From Haliotis rubra (Eukaryota): 64,000 bases of DNA. How positions within the stretch are numbered: position 1 is the first letter of the stretch; each line of letters opens with the position of its first letter. Below, piece by piece: positions 13,301-24,100 of this stretch. Made by a program: the position numbers and the translations under genes. The notes below the pieces were generated by a model. It made no database searches and was not told the DNA's origin. It saw only the letters and a list, made by a program, of their open reading frames with translations. The stretch is taken from positions 186,001-250,000 of the forward strand of contig NW_025767730.1 in the NCBI RefSeq assembly GCF_003918875.1, given 5' to 3'.

Positions 13301-16300
13301 CACTTGTTTCCATGGAAACATTGAAAAATCCAATTTTGGAAAATTCCTTAATAGGAAAAGGCCCCTCTTCAGCTCTTGGTTAATACATGTACCTTGTTGG
13401 GATGAAATACCTTTCATGGTTTTCAAGTTGTGCTCTGGAAATGAAATCCCCTTCCAATCCTTTTTAAAGCAAGTTCAAATTGTTTCCATGGAAAGAAAAC
13501 AAAAACAATAAAAATACCAAAAATCCACAAGTAGCGAAAGGCACCACTTTGGGATATCTGCCAAGTTTTATTGATAGATATTCAGCAGTTTTTGAGTTAT
13601 GCTCCGGAAACAAAATCCGCTCCTTTTTGAGACTTTCCAGTCTATATTCAGATATTGTTTTTATTACTTTCGACTGGAGTCTTTCTCTGAACTATTACTG
13701 ATCATGATTTAACTAATATTCTATATTTATATTTTCCTAATATTTGAATCCTAATATATCACTTGTAGTGGTAATAATTGATAATGAATTTTTGCATGAC
13801 TTATTATTCCATGATATATATCTGCCAAATATTGTTGAAAATATTGAACGATTTTTTAGTTATGCTCTGGAAACGAAATGATTACAGATGGATGGAGAGA
13901 CAGAGAAGGTGTTGACTATTTCCCCCTGCATTATATGCTGGGGGGTAGAAAAGATCAACAGATTTCATCTTGTCCTACAGTCATACATCTGTCTGTTGTT
14001 AACATGATTATAAATGTTAAAGAGGGGGAAACTGTACCAGCTGGTTTGATGCAAGTTCATTAAAAAACAATTTATTGGCTCTTAACTCAAATTTTTGGCA
14101 ACTCCTCATTACATAGTCACGATTTTCCACAACCTTCTATCAATTCCAATGTCAATGACTTTATATAGGTAGAAAGGTCTTGTCAAATTTTCATTCTATT
14201 ACAGGTACTTAATTCCTACTAGGAATTTAGAGAATGTTTTGATGAGATTTAATGGAGTAACCATTTGAATTTCAAGTAGTGGGTGAGGGCCTTTTCTCCA
14301 GAAATATAATTCTGCAATTATCTTTCAGAATACTGTTAAGAAGTTTTCTATTTTAAAAAAATAACTGAGCTCCTCAAATAGAGAAAGTCCACAAATTGTA
14401 AGCATCAGTAAACTAAAATGTTGTTTAAGCACTCATCTGCAAGGATGAGTTTTTTAACTGTAATGGATTTCCAAGCTGTGATGTTTGCCTTAGTACTTGT
14501 TTCATTTGGAATATTCACCTGGTAACCAGGGTAACCAATAGCAGGGATAGACATGCAATTCTTTGAAGGGTGCCATTTTGTCGACAGAGAGATAATTGTA
14601 TTTGTGAATTTATGTGTGAAAATAGGCATCCCCATAATTCTTGATGATCCTTTTAAACTTAAGACATCGCAACAACTGTAATTTCAATTTATTGTTTAAT
14701 TAATCAGTAAACATCATGTAAACCTGTAAACATGAGAGCCAGATTTCCTAAACACAATCAACACTGCAAGAATAGTTCAGCTTCAATTTTCCTGAGCAAA
14801 CTATGTAACATCCATTTATTTGTTATGCGCACTGGCATTCAAAATGGCCAGACGAGCCTTGAGATTGAGAGTGGCACCAAAAAACAGTTAATGGGGTGTA
14901 AAAAATGGTTTTGAAGAATTTCATTTGGTCAAATTTATTGCATTTCTTAAGTGAATCATGGTGTGTATTATTTGTATAATTTTTGTCGTACAGTCACATA
15001 TTTCAATATTTACTGTGAAATGACACGCAAATTGAGCACTGTTTTGATCCCTGTATAGTGATCCTTTGTAATCAGCAACTAAGTCCAAACATTACACAAA
15101 ACCAACAATGGCCACAAATGCCAGATCACCCGCTCAGTACCTTGCAAACACTTCACCGTTATCATATAAACTTTAACATGGCCACAAAGCAGGTGAATTG
15201 TTTAATTTTGAAATGAGTTTTGACATCATGAAATATACATTAGCATCTGTGAGGGCTTTTAAAATTAACATTGTCATGCTTAAAGCAACATATTGGGGAT
15301 GTCCTTTTTAAAATATGGCCACATATTTCAGTTGCCATGGCTATATCACAGCATGTAACATGGATGTGTTGGCTGGGGCAATCTCCCACCTGAAGGAACA
15401 CTCCACATGGTGCTTACAGTTACTGGCACATTTTCACACAGGTTTACCACAGCGGCCAGAGTAATGCTTTGTCACTGAATATGTATAATTTTGATAGAAA
15501 CAAATAATTCCTCTTAAATTATAAAGGAGCCCCAGTGAGATGGCAGATTCAGAACCTGGGGAAATCTACACTTGCTTGATTTAGGGCTTTAGCATTGTAG
15601 AAAGGGCTGGGTGGAAGTTAAAATAATGTGGTTCAGCGACTGTGAGACTTACTACACAGTATTCAGTTATATCACACTGCAATTCAACATTTCTAAATTC
15701 AGGTTTTCATAGTTACAAATAAAGTTCCAATTTCAAAAAGACAACTTGTATTTCACAGATAAACATCAGGCATGTTAAATCCAAACAGGCTTTGCTATTT
15801 AGTTCAAATTATAGCATTTTAAACCACATTAATTTTCATGGTTTCATATATTGAAATGTTCAAATGTTCCCCAAATGAGCACAAATATTTTTTTATTGAC
15901 AAAATACATAGATATTTCCTTCTTTGGGTTTTGTCAATAATGAAATAAATTAGAATCTTCCTGGTACAGCCGTCTCCAGTTCCATGTGGTTAGATGCTGT
16001 CATTCCCATGTAGCAAATATACGCACGGATATACCCTTCGTTTGTTTTACCATCACAGTCATTGTCCTATTGTTACTGGTTACACATCTCGGCAGTCAAC
16101 CACATTCTTGTGGAACTACACGACTCAATCAAAATGTCACAGACAATATATTTCAGTATGTATCACCATTACAGTGTCCCACTATATTAAAATCAATTTT
16201 CATATCTCCCTAGGTCAACATGATTTAAGAGGAACAATGCCGCAAGTTATGCTCCACCCTACATGCAGTTATAATTAAAAAGTGGAATTGTCACATCCCT

Positions 16301-18175
16301 TCTACATTACACATCATTAAACACACAGTGAACACATGAATGTCTGATGAAAAATGGGAAGAAATGTATCCTCACATCATACAAGACTGTGTAATATAAC
16401 AATATTGGACCTAAATGGCATTGTGTATTCATATTAATATAGTGGGACACTGTAATGGTGATACATACTGAAATATATTGTCTGTGACATTTTGATTGAG
16501 TCGTGTAGTTCCACTAGGGATGTGGTTGACTGCCGAGATGTGTTACCAGTAACAATAGGACAATGACTGTGATGGTGAAACAAACAAAGGGTATATCCGT
16601 GTGTATATTTGCTACATGGGAATGACAGCATCTAACCACATGGAACTGTATACTCCCCAGGGAGTTGAGATTGATAATATGATGTGCCGTTGAGATTGAC
16701 ATCCAATGATAGAGGGAAAAATACCAGCGCCTTGAGCATGCACCAGTTGCGTGGATATGTGCGCTATATTAATATACTATAATAATAATAATAATAACTG
16801 GAGACAGCTGTGCCAGGAAGATTTTAATTTATTTCGTTATTGACAAAACCAAGAAAGAAATATCAATGTATTTTGTCAATATATTCTCCCAATTAGATTG
16901 AATCCCTACACGTGATTTAAGATTTGTATCCAAGTTTGATGTAGCACTGGTTATACCATGCTGTCTCAGTCCACACATGCCCCAGAACATGTTGAGACCT
17001 GTTCCCATCACGAATATCAACATGGTTCAATGAACATGATAACACAACCATGAATGCTCGTCATATGTCAGGTACACATGAGAAAACACTGTTCTACAAT
17101 GTTCTTCTCTAGATATTCATTGTATGGCTAATGGTTTGTTAATGAAAACACATAAGCACTGTATATTGGCAGTTACAGCTGGACACAGAAACCGACATGG
17201 TTGAAGGTTGAAGTAATACACAACAACACACACAACAAATCATGATACGTTATTGTCATGTGCAAAGTTGTTACTGAATATCAAATGTCATAATGACACA
17301 TGCAGGATGGCTGAATAATGGGATTAACAGTCTCATCACGACACCATTGTTTTATGTCCAATCAGAATTCTGCCAGTATATTTTAGCATATTTAGCATGT
17401 ATAGAAGCAACATTGTTTGAATAACAATTAATATGAAACACAATAAATCCTAATATTTAACAGATGGGAAACTTATACATGTAATTTACAGACAATAGAT
17501 GAATGGTTTTACATAAAAAACTGTGATGTCAACAGTCCTAGCTGATGATATTTTTTATCAGAGTATGCAAAAATATGTTATACTGAAAATAACAAATATA
17601 ATGAACAGTGGGGAGAGTTCTATTCTTTATTTTTAATGTAAGCAACATTTCAGTGTAGATGCTAACACCGTTATCACATCAACTCCTAAATGCCACTGAC
17701 AATAGTTAACAAATTCAGAGTCAAAATGATTCATGCACAAATGTCTGAGATATGGCCCAAAATAACATTTTGTAATGGGACAGTAATAGTTCTGAAAAGG
17801 GAATCTATCTGGCAAACATTCAGCAGCAGCTTGTAGGTCTGTACTGACAAGTCAGTGTCAAAATTGTTCAAAAGGTGCTGCACAGAGTTATGGTTGCCCC
17901 AGATAACACAAATCGGCTACTATTAACTTCAAAACAGTCTGTGCCAACAACTTTGGAACCTACAAGCAAAAAGCTTGATATTATTCTGGGAAGATGTTGC
18001 TTTTCAAAAAATTCAATCACAGCATACACAATTTTCTTGTTTCACCTACAAGTTCAACATGAGTTTTTGTCTACAAGCAGTTAGCATCTACAAATTCTCC
18101 ATGACTTTGAATGAATAACTTTCATTACCATTTCACCAACAGCCATAATACAGTACCCCAAAATTGTACAGTTAA

Positions 18176-18219
<44 letters not shown>

Positions 18220-20721
18220 GCACGCACGCACACACACACATACATACTAACATTTGTATAGCGCCGATATCCAGCTCAGCTGCTCAAAGGCGCTTTGTTT
18301 TTCCCTCGTTCACTGGATGTCAATCACAACGGCACATCGTATTGTCAATCTCAACTCCCTGGGAAGCATACAGCTCTTGCAGCCACTAGACGCACCGACT
18401 TATTGTGGCATTCCCATCCTTACGAGGTACCCATTCACAGCTGGGTGGACTGGGACACATAGTCACAGTACTTTGTCCAAGTTCACTGCACGTTGCTGTA
18501 CCCGCAACTGGGTGTTTGCACGTATTCATGTGGCCACCATCTGGTCATATACCAACGGATTCGTGGGTTCTTTTAAGTGCACAGGGTTGTGTACTGTACA
18601 CTAGGGGTTGTGACAACACTGAAAGAGTCTGCACACAAAGTTGACTCCAAGGTTTTTACACCCGGTCACAGGTGGGCTCGATCCCGTCACCTCAAGCTCG
18701 CTGGATCACTAGCCTGGCGCTTTAGCCAGTTCGCCCACCGCGCCCGAAATGGTACTATTTCTTCTTAAAAACCTATTTACAATTACAGTATCTACTTTTC
18801 GTTCAACATTAAGACTAGGACTGCATGGTATTGCCACTATACAGGTATATCGCAATACGCTTTTAAAATGATAGGCAATTCAATTTTTTTCTGAGAACCG
18901 GTATGTTGGGTAAAGAACTTATATGGCATTTTTGTGATTAGCTTTATGGTAGAAAATAACATCTACACAGACTTTCATTCACAACAACAAAATGTTTTTG
19001 TTATTCAATGACAAAATAGCATACTGTAATACTATGAATTGTACCAAAATGAAAACAGAATCCCTGACTATGCAACCTAATGTTGAGATTGCTGTTATAA
19101 CACAGCATCTACAACCAAACTCCAGCAATAAATTCTCATCTATTCTGATATACACTTTAACAGCAGTTTATCTAATGCACTGTAACCTTTTGTTACTGTT
19201 AATAATTTAAGGTTTAAGAGTCCCCTTCGAACCAGGGCCGACGATTATTTCGAATGCTGGTGCTATCTCAATAGGCATACTGCTAAACATACTATTGCCA
19301 TTGAACATATATGATGCGAGATGCAAGCCAAAACCCACACTCAAAACTTTAAACATCATGACCCATAATAATTATCACTTAATCAATGTGATATTATTAC
19401 AAATTACAAAAAACACACTCTCATAACACTTTCCAAAATAAATTACTTTTGAATTAAAACATTCATTTAACATTTCCCACTTTCATTCATTAGTTTTTTT
19501 CACTAGTTAGGGAAATTGAACAACCAACAATTTAACTCAATCATTGTCTTGTCCTTAAGCATGTTAAGTGGCCTAATTGAATGCGATTTTAATCTCCAAG
19601 TGTCCTGGTCACTAAGCATGCTAAGGACAGAAACGATTAATGTTTCAAATCACATGTATTTTCATTGATTGGCTTCAGATTCACTATTTCAGGTATGAGT
19701 CATCCAGTTGATTCGGTTCTTGATATCCAGCCTAAGGCTAGAAAGTATGGCAAAAACGTTAGGGTATGGATCTCTGTGGGTCCTGATCAAAATATGACAA
19801 AACATTAAATCTTTTTTATCTTTTGTATTTGTTTCATTATACAAATAGAATTTTTGTATAAAACTAACAAACTAAAGTGTGATTTTAGCTACAAGGTTTT
19901 CGTTTTACTATTATACTGCTCTTTTACAATTTTATGCTGTTTTACATAAACCTGTTTGCTCAGCTAGATAAAAACATTCAATGGGTAAGTTCTTCCACAA
20001 TAATATCCAGTAATATCAACACACACCCATTACTACATGTAGTTCAAAAGCACAGTTTGTGCAAAATGGCCACATTTCTGAATAAATAATTTGGAGGAAA
20101 ATTAAAGAGGGGAAGCATATTTAAAAACTTACCTGGGCTATCCGTAACACTGTCATAGTGACAATTGATCAATACACTGTGATTTCCAGTCTTCCCTGCA
20201 GGTGACAACATTGCAATAACATTCCTTAGATTACTATAGACACTTGTGAATTCGCCAACTCCAATAAAATCCAACACAAATGAACCAGTAACATTTTGAA
20301 TGTCAACTTGTATGTCATGTACAGGATTCCGCACTTGGTTGATTTTGTCGAGTTCTGAAACAATGTATTTTTCAGCCTGAATGTTTGCATAACTGCCTGC
20401 GACACGGGGGCCAAATCCGGTGATATCATTGAGATGTTTCCTTGCTCTCTCCTCTGTAAAATATTCATCACTGTGGTTATTTGCCAAAAGTGGTGTTGGG
20501 AATGAGTTCATCCGAACGTGCACAAGAAAAACGCTGGAAGAATAGAAAAGCAGGGAAAGCAATACAAGGAGTGGCCCACTAAGGAATAATTTTGACGTCC
20601 CGTGCTTAAGTCGTTGCTTGGAATCTTCATAGTTGGAATTTTGCTCGTGTTGATTCACTTTGTTGTAATGATGGCGATTTCTAAGGTTGACCGCGTCGTT
20701 GCTGTTACTATTGGACGCCAT
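4304..20721 (-). CDS. ERMP1: Endoplasmic reticulum metallopeptidase 1 (M28 family), first four coding exons; the rest is probably beyond the window start
   Basis: Exons 20721-20133 (MASNSNS...TM helix...[29 protein letters not shown]), 10101-9974 ([31 protein letters not shown]), 6814-6709 ([31 protein letters not shown]), 4449-4304 ([10 protein letters not shown]...[26 protein letters not shown]). All introns are GT-AG with matching phases, except for a 1-nt deletion in exon 4 near 4410. Confidence 0.95.
4660..4774 (-). mobile_element. tRNA-derived SINE, family A, partial
   Basis: Reverse complement of the head ggggcggtggggtagcctaatggttaa and the core acaatgtgtgaagcc seen in other copies. 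Confidence 0.75.
5414..5614 (+). mobile_element. 5'-truncated non-LTR retroposon 3' end with a 16-bp target-site duplication
   Basis: Ends in aataaa + (ttctg)4. Flanked by identical gaatgtgctgattaac at 5398-5413 and 5615-5630. Confidence 0.8.
7764..8029. mobile_element. Non-autonomous DNA transposon (MITE), possibly PIF/Harbinger-like
   Basis: Terminal inverted repeat agggaccga...tcggtccct in a TTA/TAA context. A similar end motif recurs near 58028. Confidence 0.5.
8038..8197 (+). mobile_element. tRNA-derived SINE, family A
   Basis: A-box-like tagcctaaaggtt, B-box ggttcaattcc, core cacatgggcacaatgtgtgaagcccatttctgg, tail gctggaatattgct...actcactc. Confidence 0.9.
9153..9256. mobile_element. 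Solo fragment of the DIRS terminal repeat
   Basis: atgtaatttttaaagtaaaattgatattttatacttatcctgactcatgatctttgcttatctcc...tagtggaacacttga is the reverse complement of 29108-29201. Confidence 0.8.
9400..9928. mobile_element. MITE with CAGGGCT...AGCCCTG termini (hAT-like)
   Basis: Terminal inverted repeats cagggctccagataa / ttatctgtagccctg, with ataaat on both flanks. Confidence 0.7.
10074..11690. repeat. 82-90 bp satellite, 19 copies, each containing the ERMP1 exon-2 splice acceptor and the first ~27 exon bases
   Basis: Unit tacagctgacag(a/c)atcatcacttg(t/c/g)acctgaagcacatgtaacatcctacatcactcatctagctc(cata)n cagaa. The copy at 10074-10150 overlaps the real exon start at 10101. Confidence 0.95.
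11700..13952 (-). mobile_element. Degenerate Helentron-associated (HINE-like) repeat, interrupted by the Kolobok-like element
   Basis: Diverged internal tandem units (tttccatggaaac...gcaaaaggcaccac) and a terminal hairpin ttccccctgcat..atgctggggggta at about 13920-13947. The layout is the reverse of 29895-31241. Confidence 0.55.
11749..12983 (+). mobile_element. Kolobok-like DNA transposon derivative with a THAP-domain remnant
   Basis: TTAA on both sides; inverted repeats aggtcacatgcaac / gttgcatgtgacct. From ATG 12101: [13 protein letters not shown]...[16 protein letters not shown], a THAP N-terminal signature with an in-frame stop. Confidence 0.8.
15885..16885. repeat. Long inverted repeat: arms of about 300 bp (15885-16190 and 16433-16885), spacer of about 240 bp
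   Basis: The arms are near-exact reverse complements, seen as mirror ORFs 15986/15994 (+) and 16434/16514 (-). The right arm is interrupted by a SINE 3' fragment at about 16650-16795. Confidence 0.92.
16650..16795 (+). mobile_element. 5'-truncated SINE 3' end, same family as 18245-18745
   Basis: ctccccagggagttgagattga...gcgccttgagca...gcgctata + (aat)n tail; aactg is repeated on both sides. Confidence 0.75.
18180..18745 (-). mobile_element. Full-length tRNA-derived SINE with a Nin/Deu-like central domain and adjoining (CA)n microsatellite
   Basis: Minus strand: tRNA-like head ggcgcggtgggcgaactggctaaagcg...gggatcgagccc, core gtccacccagctgtgaatgggtacc, tail gcgcctttgagca...gcgctataca. (CA)n at 18180-18241. 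Confidence 0.8.
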
Positions 20722-21122
20722 TTTGAGAAAGTGCCCCCTGTCGGAGAGGAAACTATTATAGCTCTCCACAGTGGTTAAACAGATCGGTCGCAATCATAGT
20801 GAGCAACAAAACTGTGCTGAGAGTTTTAAGAACCTTTGATGCTTATAAAAGACGGAGCGCTATACGAAAAACGGAGTTCACGAGTACAATGATAATAGCA
20901 TCAAAACAAAACATTTAGGGAATTTACTTATGATCAAGAATGTATTTTCTGCAAATATTCACTGGGATTGTTTAAAGCCCTAAATACCACAGACAGTGTA
21001 TAACATTCGCCCATAGATCTGTAACATCTTTTCCAACCTTCACGTCAATTCCATTTTTATATTGCTCTCAAATTCCCGAAACGACGCCATCTCGCGGCCA
21101 ACAATTGTAATTATTGAGAACC
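20722..21122. promoter_or_regulatory. Putative bidirectional promoter of ERMP1 and ZRANB2
   Basis: Divergent start codons with 401 bp between them. YY1-like cgccattttg at the ERMP1 ATG and acgccatct at about 21084. No TSS data. Confidence 0.6.
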
Positions 21123-24100
21123 ATGTCTGGTGGTGGGCGCTTTAAACCCAACGAGGGGATTGGATTTGTCCCGATCCGAAGTAAAACAGTTATTTCAGTC
21201 GTAATGTTTCATGGGAGAATGAAGGAAAGCTTTTGCTTATCATTTTGAGTGTAGTTGAATGATGTCTGTGTCGGTTATGATGTTGAATGGAACAAAACAT
21301 GTATTTTGGATTTGGACTAGTCTAGACAATGCGCCTTTCTGGCATAGTTAAGAGAACCCTACGGCTTGAATTAGTTTAGAATGTCCTCATCTTATTTCCT
21401 CTTTGTTTTGATTGGGGCGATTGCTCCTTAAGCCAAACAGAGTATTGTTGGAAGTCGTAGACAAATAAAAGTATGACGAGCAGGGTCGTCACCATTGCTC
21501 ATTTCCAAGAAAACCATATCTCATTCAGGTTGTTTCAACAACTATAGAAATTGACCCAACTCATATTGTCCTCGCCTATCTGTCCAGTAGTTAGGGGATC
21601 ATACTTACTGGTAAACAAATGTCATATTGAACTACTCCCTGTGAAACTGACTCATGGATGTGTATGTCCCTTTGTCTGATCACTCTAGAGTAACTATTCA
21701 GTAGGAAATGTTTAAAGGGAAACTAAACTTTTTCTTGGCCAGCTGGTACCATTTGTCCAACAGGATACCGTTTACCATCAGCCTCCCAGTTAAGTGGGTT
21801 GCCGTTGTTCAAGGGCATGCATGGTTGAAAACCAGGGGAATTCTCCTTGACTTCTCATATTTGATCAGATTATGCTTATTAAAATCTTTCCCTTTACAGA
21901 TTTATGTGTGGGTGAATGTGTATGTTCAGTTATTAAGTTCAGTATAGAAACTTTATGTGTACATATAATTTTTGAATCAGTAAAGTTCAGTTAGTGTTTT
22001 CAAAACAGTGATGACTCTTACTTTTTCAGGCAAACGGTATACTATACAAGAATTAATTCTCCCTTCTTTTCATCCATGGTTAAACATAAGCCCTGTACAT
22101 AACATATGTATTAATTGTTAATGTTGATGCTCAGTTTAGGAATTTAAGAAAAGTATTAATTAGTGGTGACAGCACTTGAATTACCTAGACTCAATTAAGT
22201 TAATCCCTGCCTCAAAGTACATAGCAATCAGTGGTTTGCATTTGGCATTTTTGTGTGTCTGGTGCAAGTATTCAGTCTATGATTGGGTTGTAAAAATTTT
22301 GATGTGTGAAATGTTTGCTGATAATATGTTGATTAATTATTCATTGTTGTCTTACCAAGTTGAAACTATTTAAACAACCATGGATATCATGACCATAGAT
22401 GTCATGTGTGCTGTCTTAGCTGACCAATGAGGCATGACACCAATGTGTTATTATGAACAACTTTCTCTGTACAGCTTTAGGTGTATGGAATGATGTTCCT
22501 GTGGGTGGATACTGAATGCTGAATGTGTGAGAGGCCTCAGTGGTTACTGATCAAACTGTTCCATTTGAATAGATTATCTGGCAATAGCAATCAGTTATTC
22601 CAAAGTGCCATCATTTTATTTATTATGTTTAGGAAAAGCTGCCACTGAAATAACTCAGTATTGGGATATATAATATTTTTGATATAAATAATGCAAATCA
22701 AATGATAAATCATCATGTCTTATGATGATTTATCTCAGATTTCACATTTTTTTACCATATTTGGTATCAGCTGTTTGTTTCCCTGAACATATACAGTACA
22801 TTTTTTACTGTGGATAATACTGATGTTCATGCTTTAAGTTTTACGGGGCGGTTGGGTAGCCTAATGGTTAAAGCGTTAGTTCGTCATGACGAAGACCGGG
22901 GTTCGATTCCCCACATGGGCACAATGTGTGAAGCCCATTTCTGGGGTCCCCTGCCGTGATATTGCTGGAATATTGCTCAAAGCGGTAAAACCATACTCAC
23001 TCACTTGAAGTTTTATATGCATTTATCAACAACAAAACATGTCAGTTTTACTGTACCTCTTTATTATATATCCTTTGTTATGATAGACAGTTTCTAATTT
23101 TTGTATCCTCCAATAGTAGTGTGCAGTGAGAAGAGCACTGAACACAAGTAAAACCTGTTGAATTATAGTCCATAATAAGTAAAGTTGTTTTCTGCTGAGA
23201 AACAACAGATCCATATTTCAACACTTTCAAAGTTGAAGTTTTGTTAATAGTTTTATTTCACTTTCAGGATGATTGACTGAATGATTCAAATTGTGCTGCA
23301 CTTCAGTCCTGAAATCTCAATATTTGTCAGTAGAGTAATACTTTAGACCAATTGTGATCAATTATGCAGACCTTGTATTATGTTTGTGTGTTCATTGTAG
23401 CAGATTTGAGATGGTTCTGATTAATACCTAATGTATTTCATGTTATTTTTGTTGAAGATGTGGCAACGTCAATTTCGCACGAAGATCCTCTTGCAATAAG
23501 TGTGGGAAAGGTAAAAATGGTATGTGCCAGTATTGAAGTCTCTATATCTAATATGTCTCTTTTATAACAGGTGTGCAAATGGATCAGTGCTTAGTTTCAT
23601 TGTGTGTCATTGTACCCAGGCTGTAGATCATTGCTAACAATGCAATCACTGGTCAGACTGTAGGTCATTGCTAACAATGCAATCACTGGTCAGACTGTAG
23701 GTCATTGCTAACAATGCAATCACTGGTCAGACTGTAGATCATTGCCAACAATGCAATCACTGGTCAGCAACATACTACAGTGACATAAAGATCGAAAGTC
23801 ATGCCGTTACATGAACCATCTTTTGGGTGCATTAACGTACAATTACAAGTGACAAGTAGGAAGCTGACATTAGCTAAAAAAGAGAAGATTTCTTGAACTT
23901 TATTGCTCTGAAAGGAAATATCCACTTTAATTCCAGACAATGCTTAGGAAAATATTTTGACAACTTTATCAATTCACACTTTTGAAAGCTAAACAAGATG
24001 TAACTCTGTAATATCTGATGAAAGGTTGAGATTGTTTCTGTTTCAAATGTATATCCCACTGCAGTGAGAGGTACACAGTGTCTAGCTTTCAGAAGCAGCC

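Noticed and set aside
15986-16702. Paired similar ORFs on opposite strands as duplicated genes
   Set aside because: They arise from the inverted repeat and show no protein motifs or splice structure.
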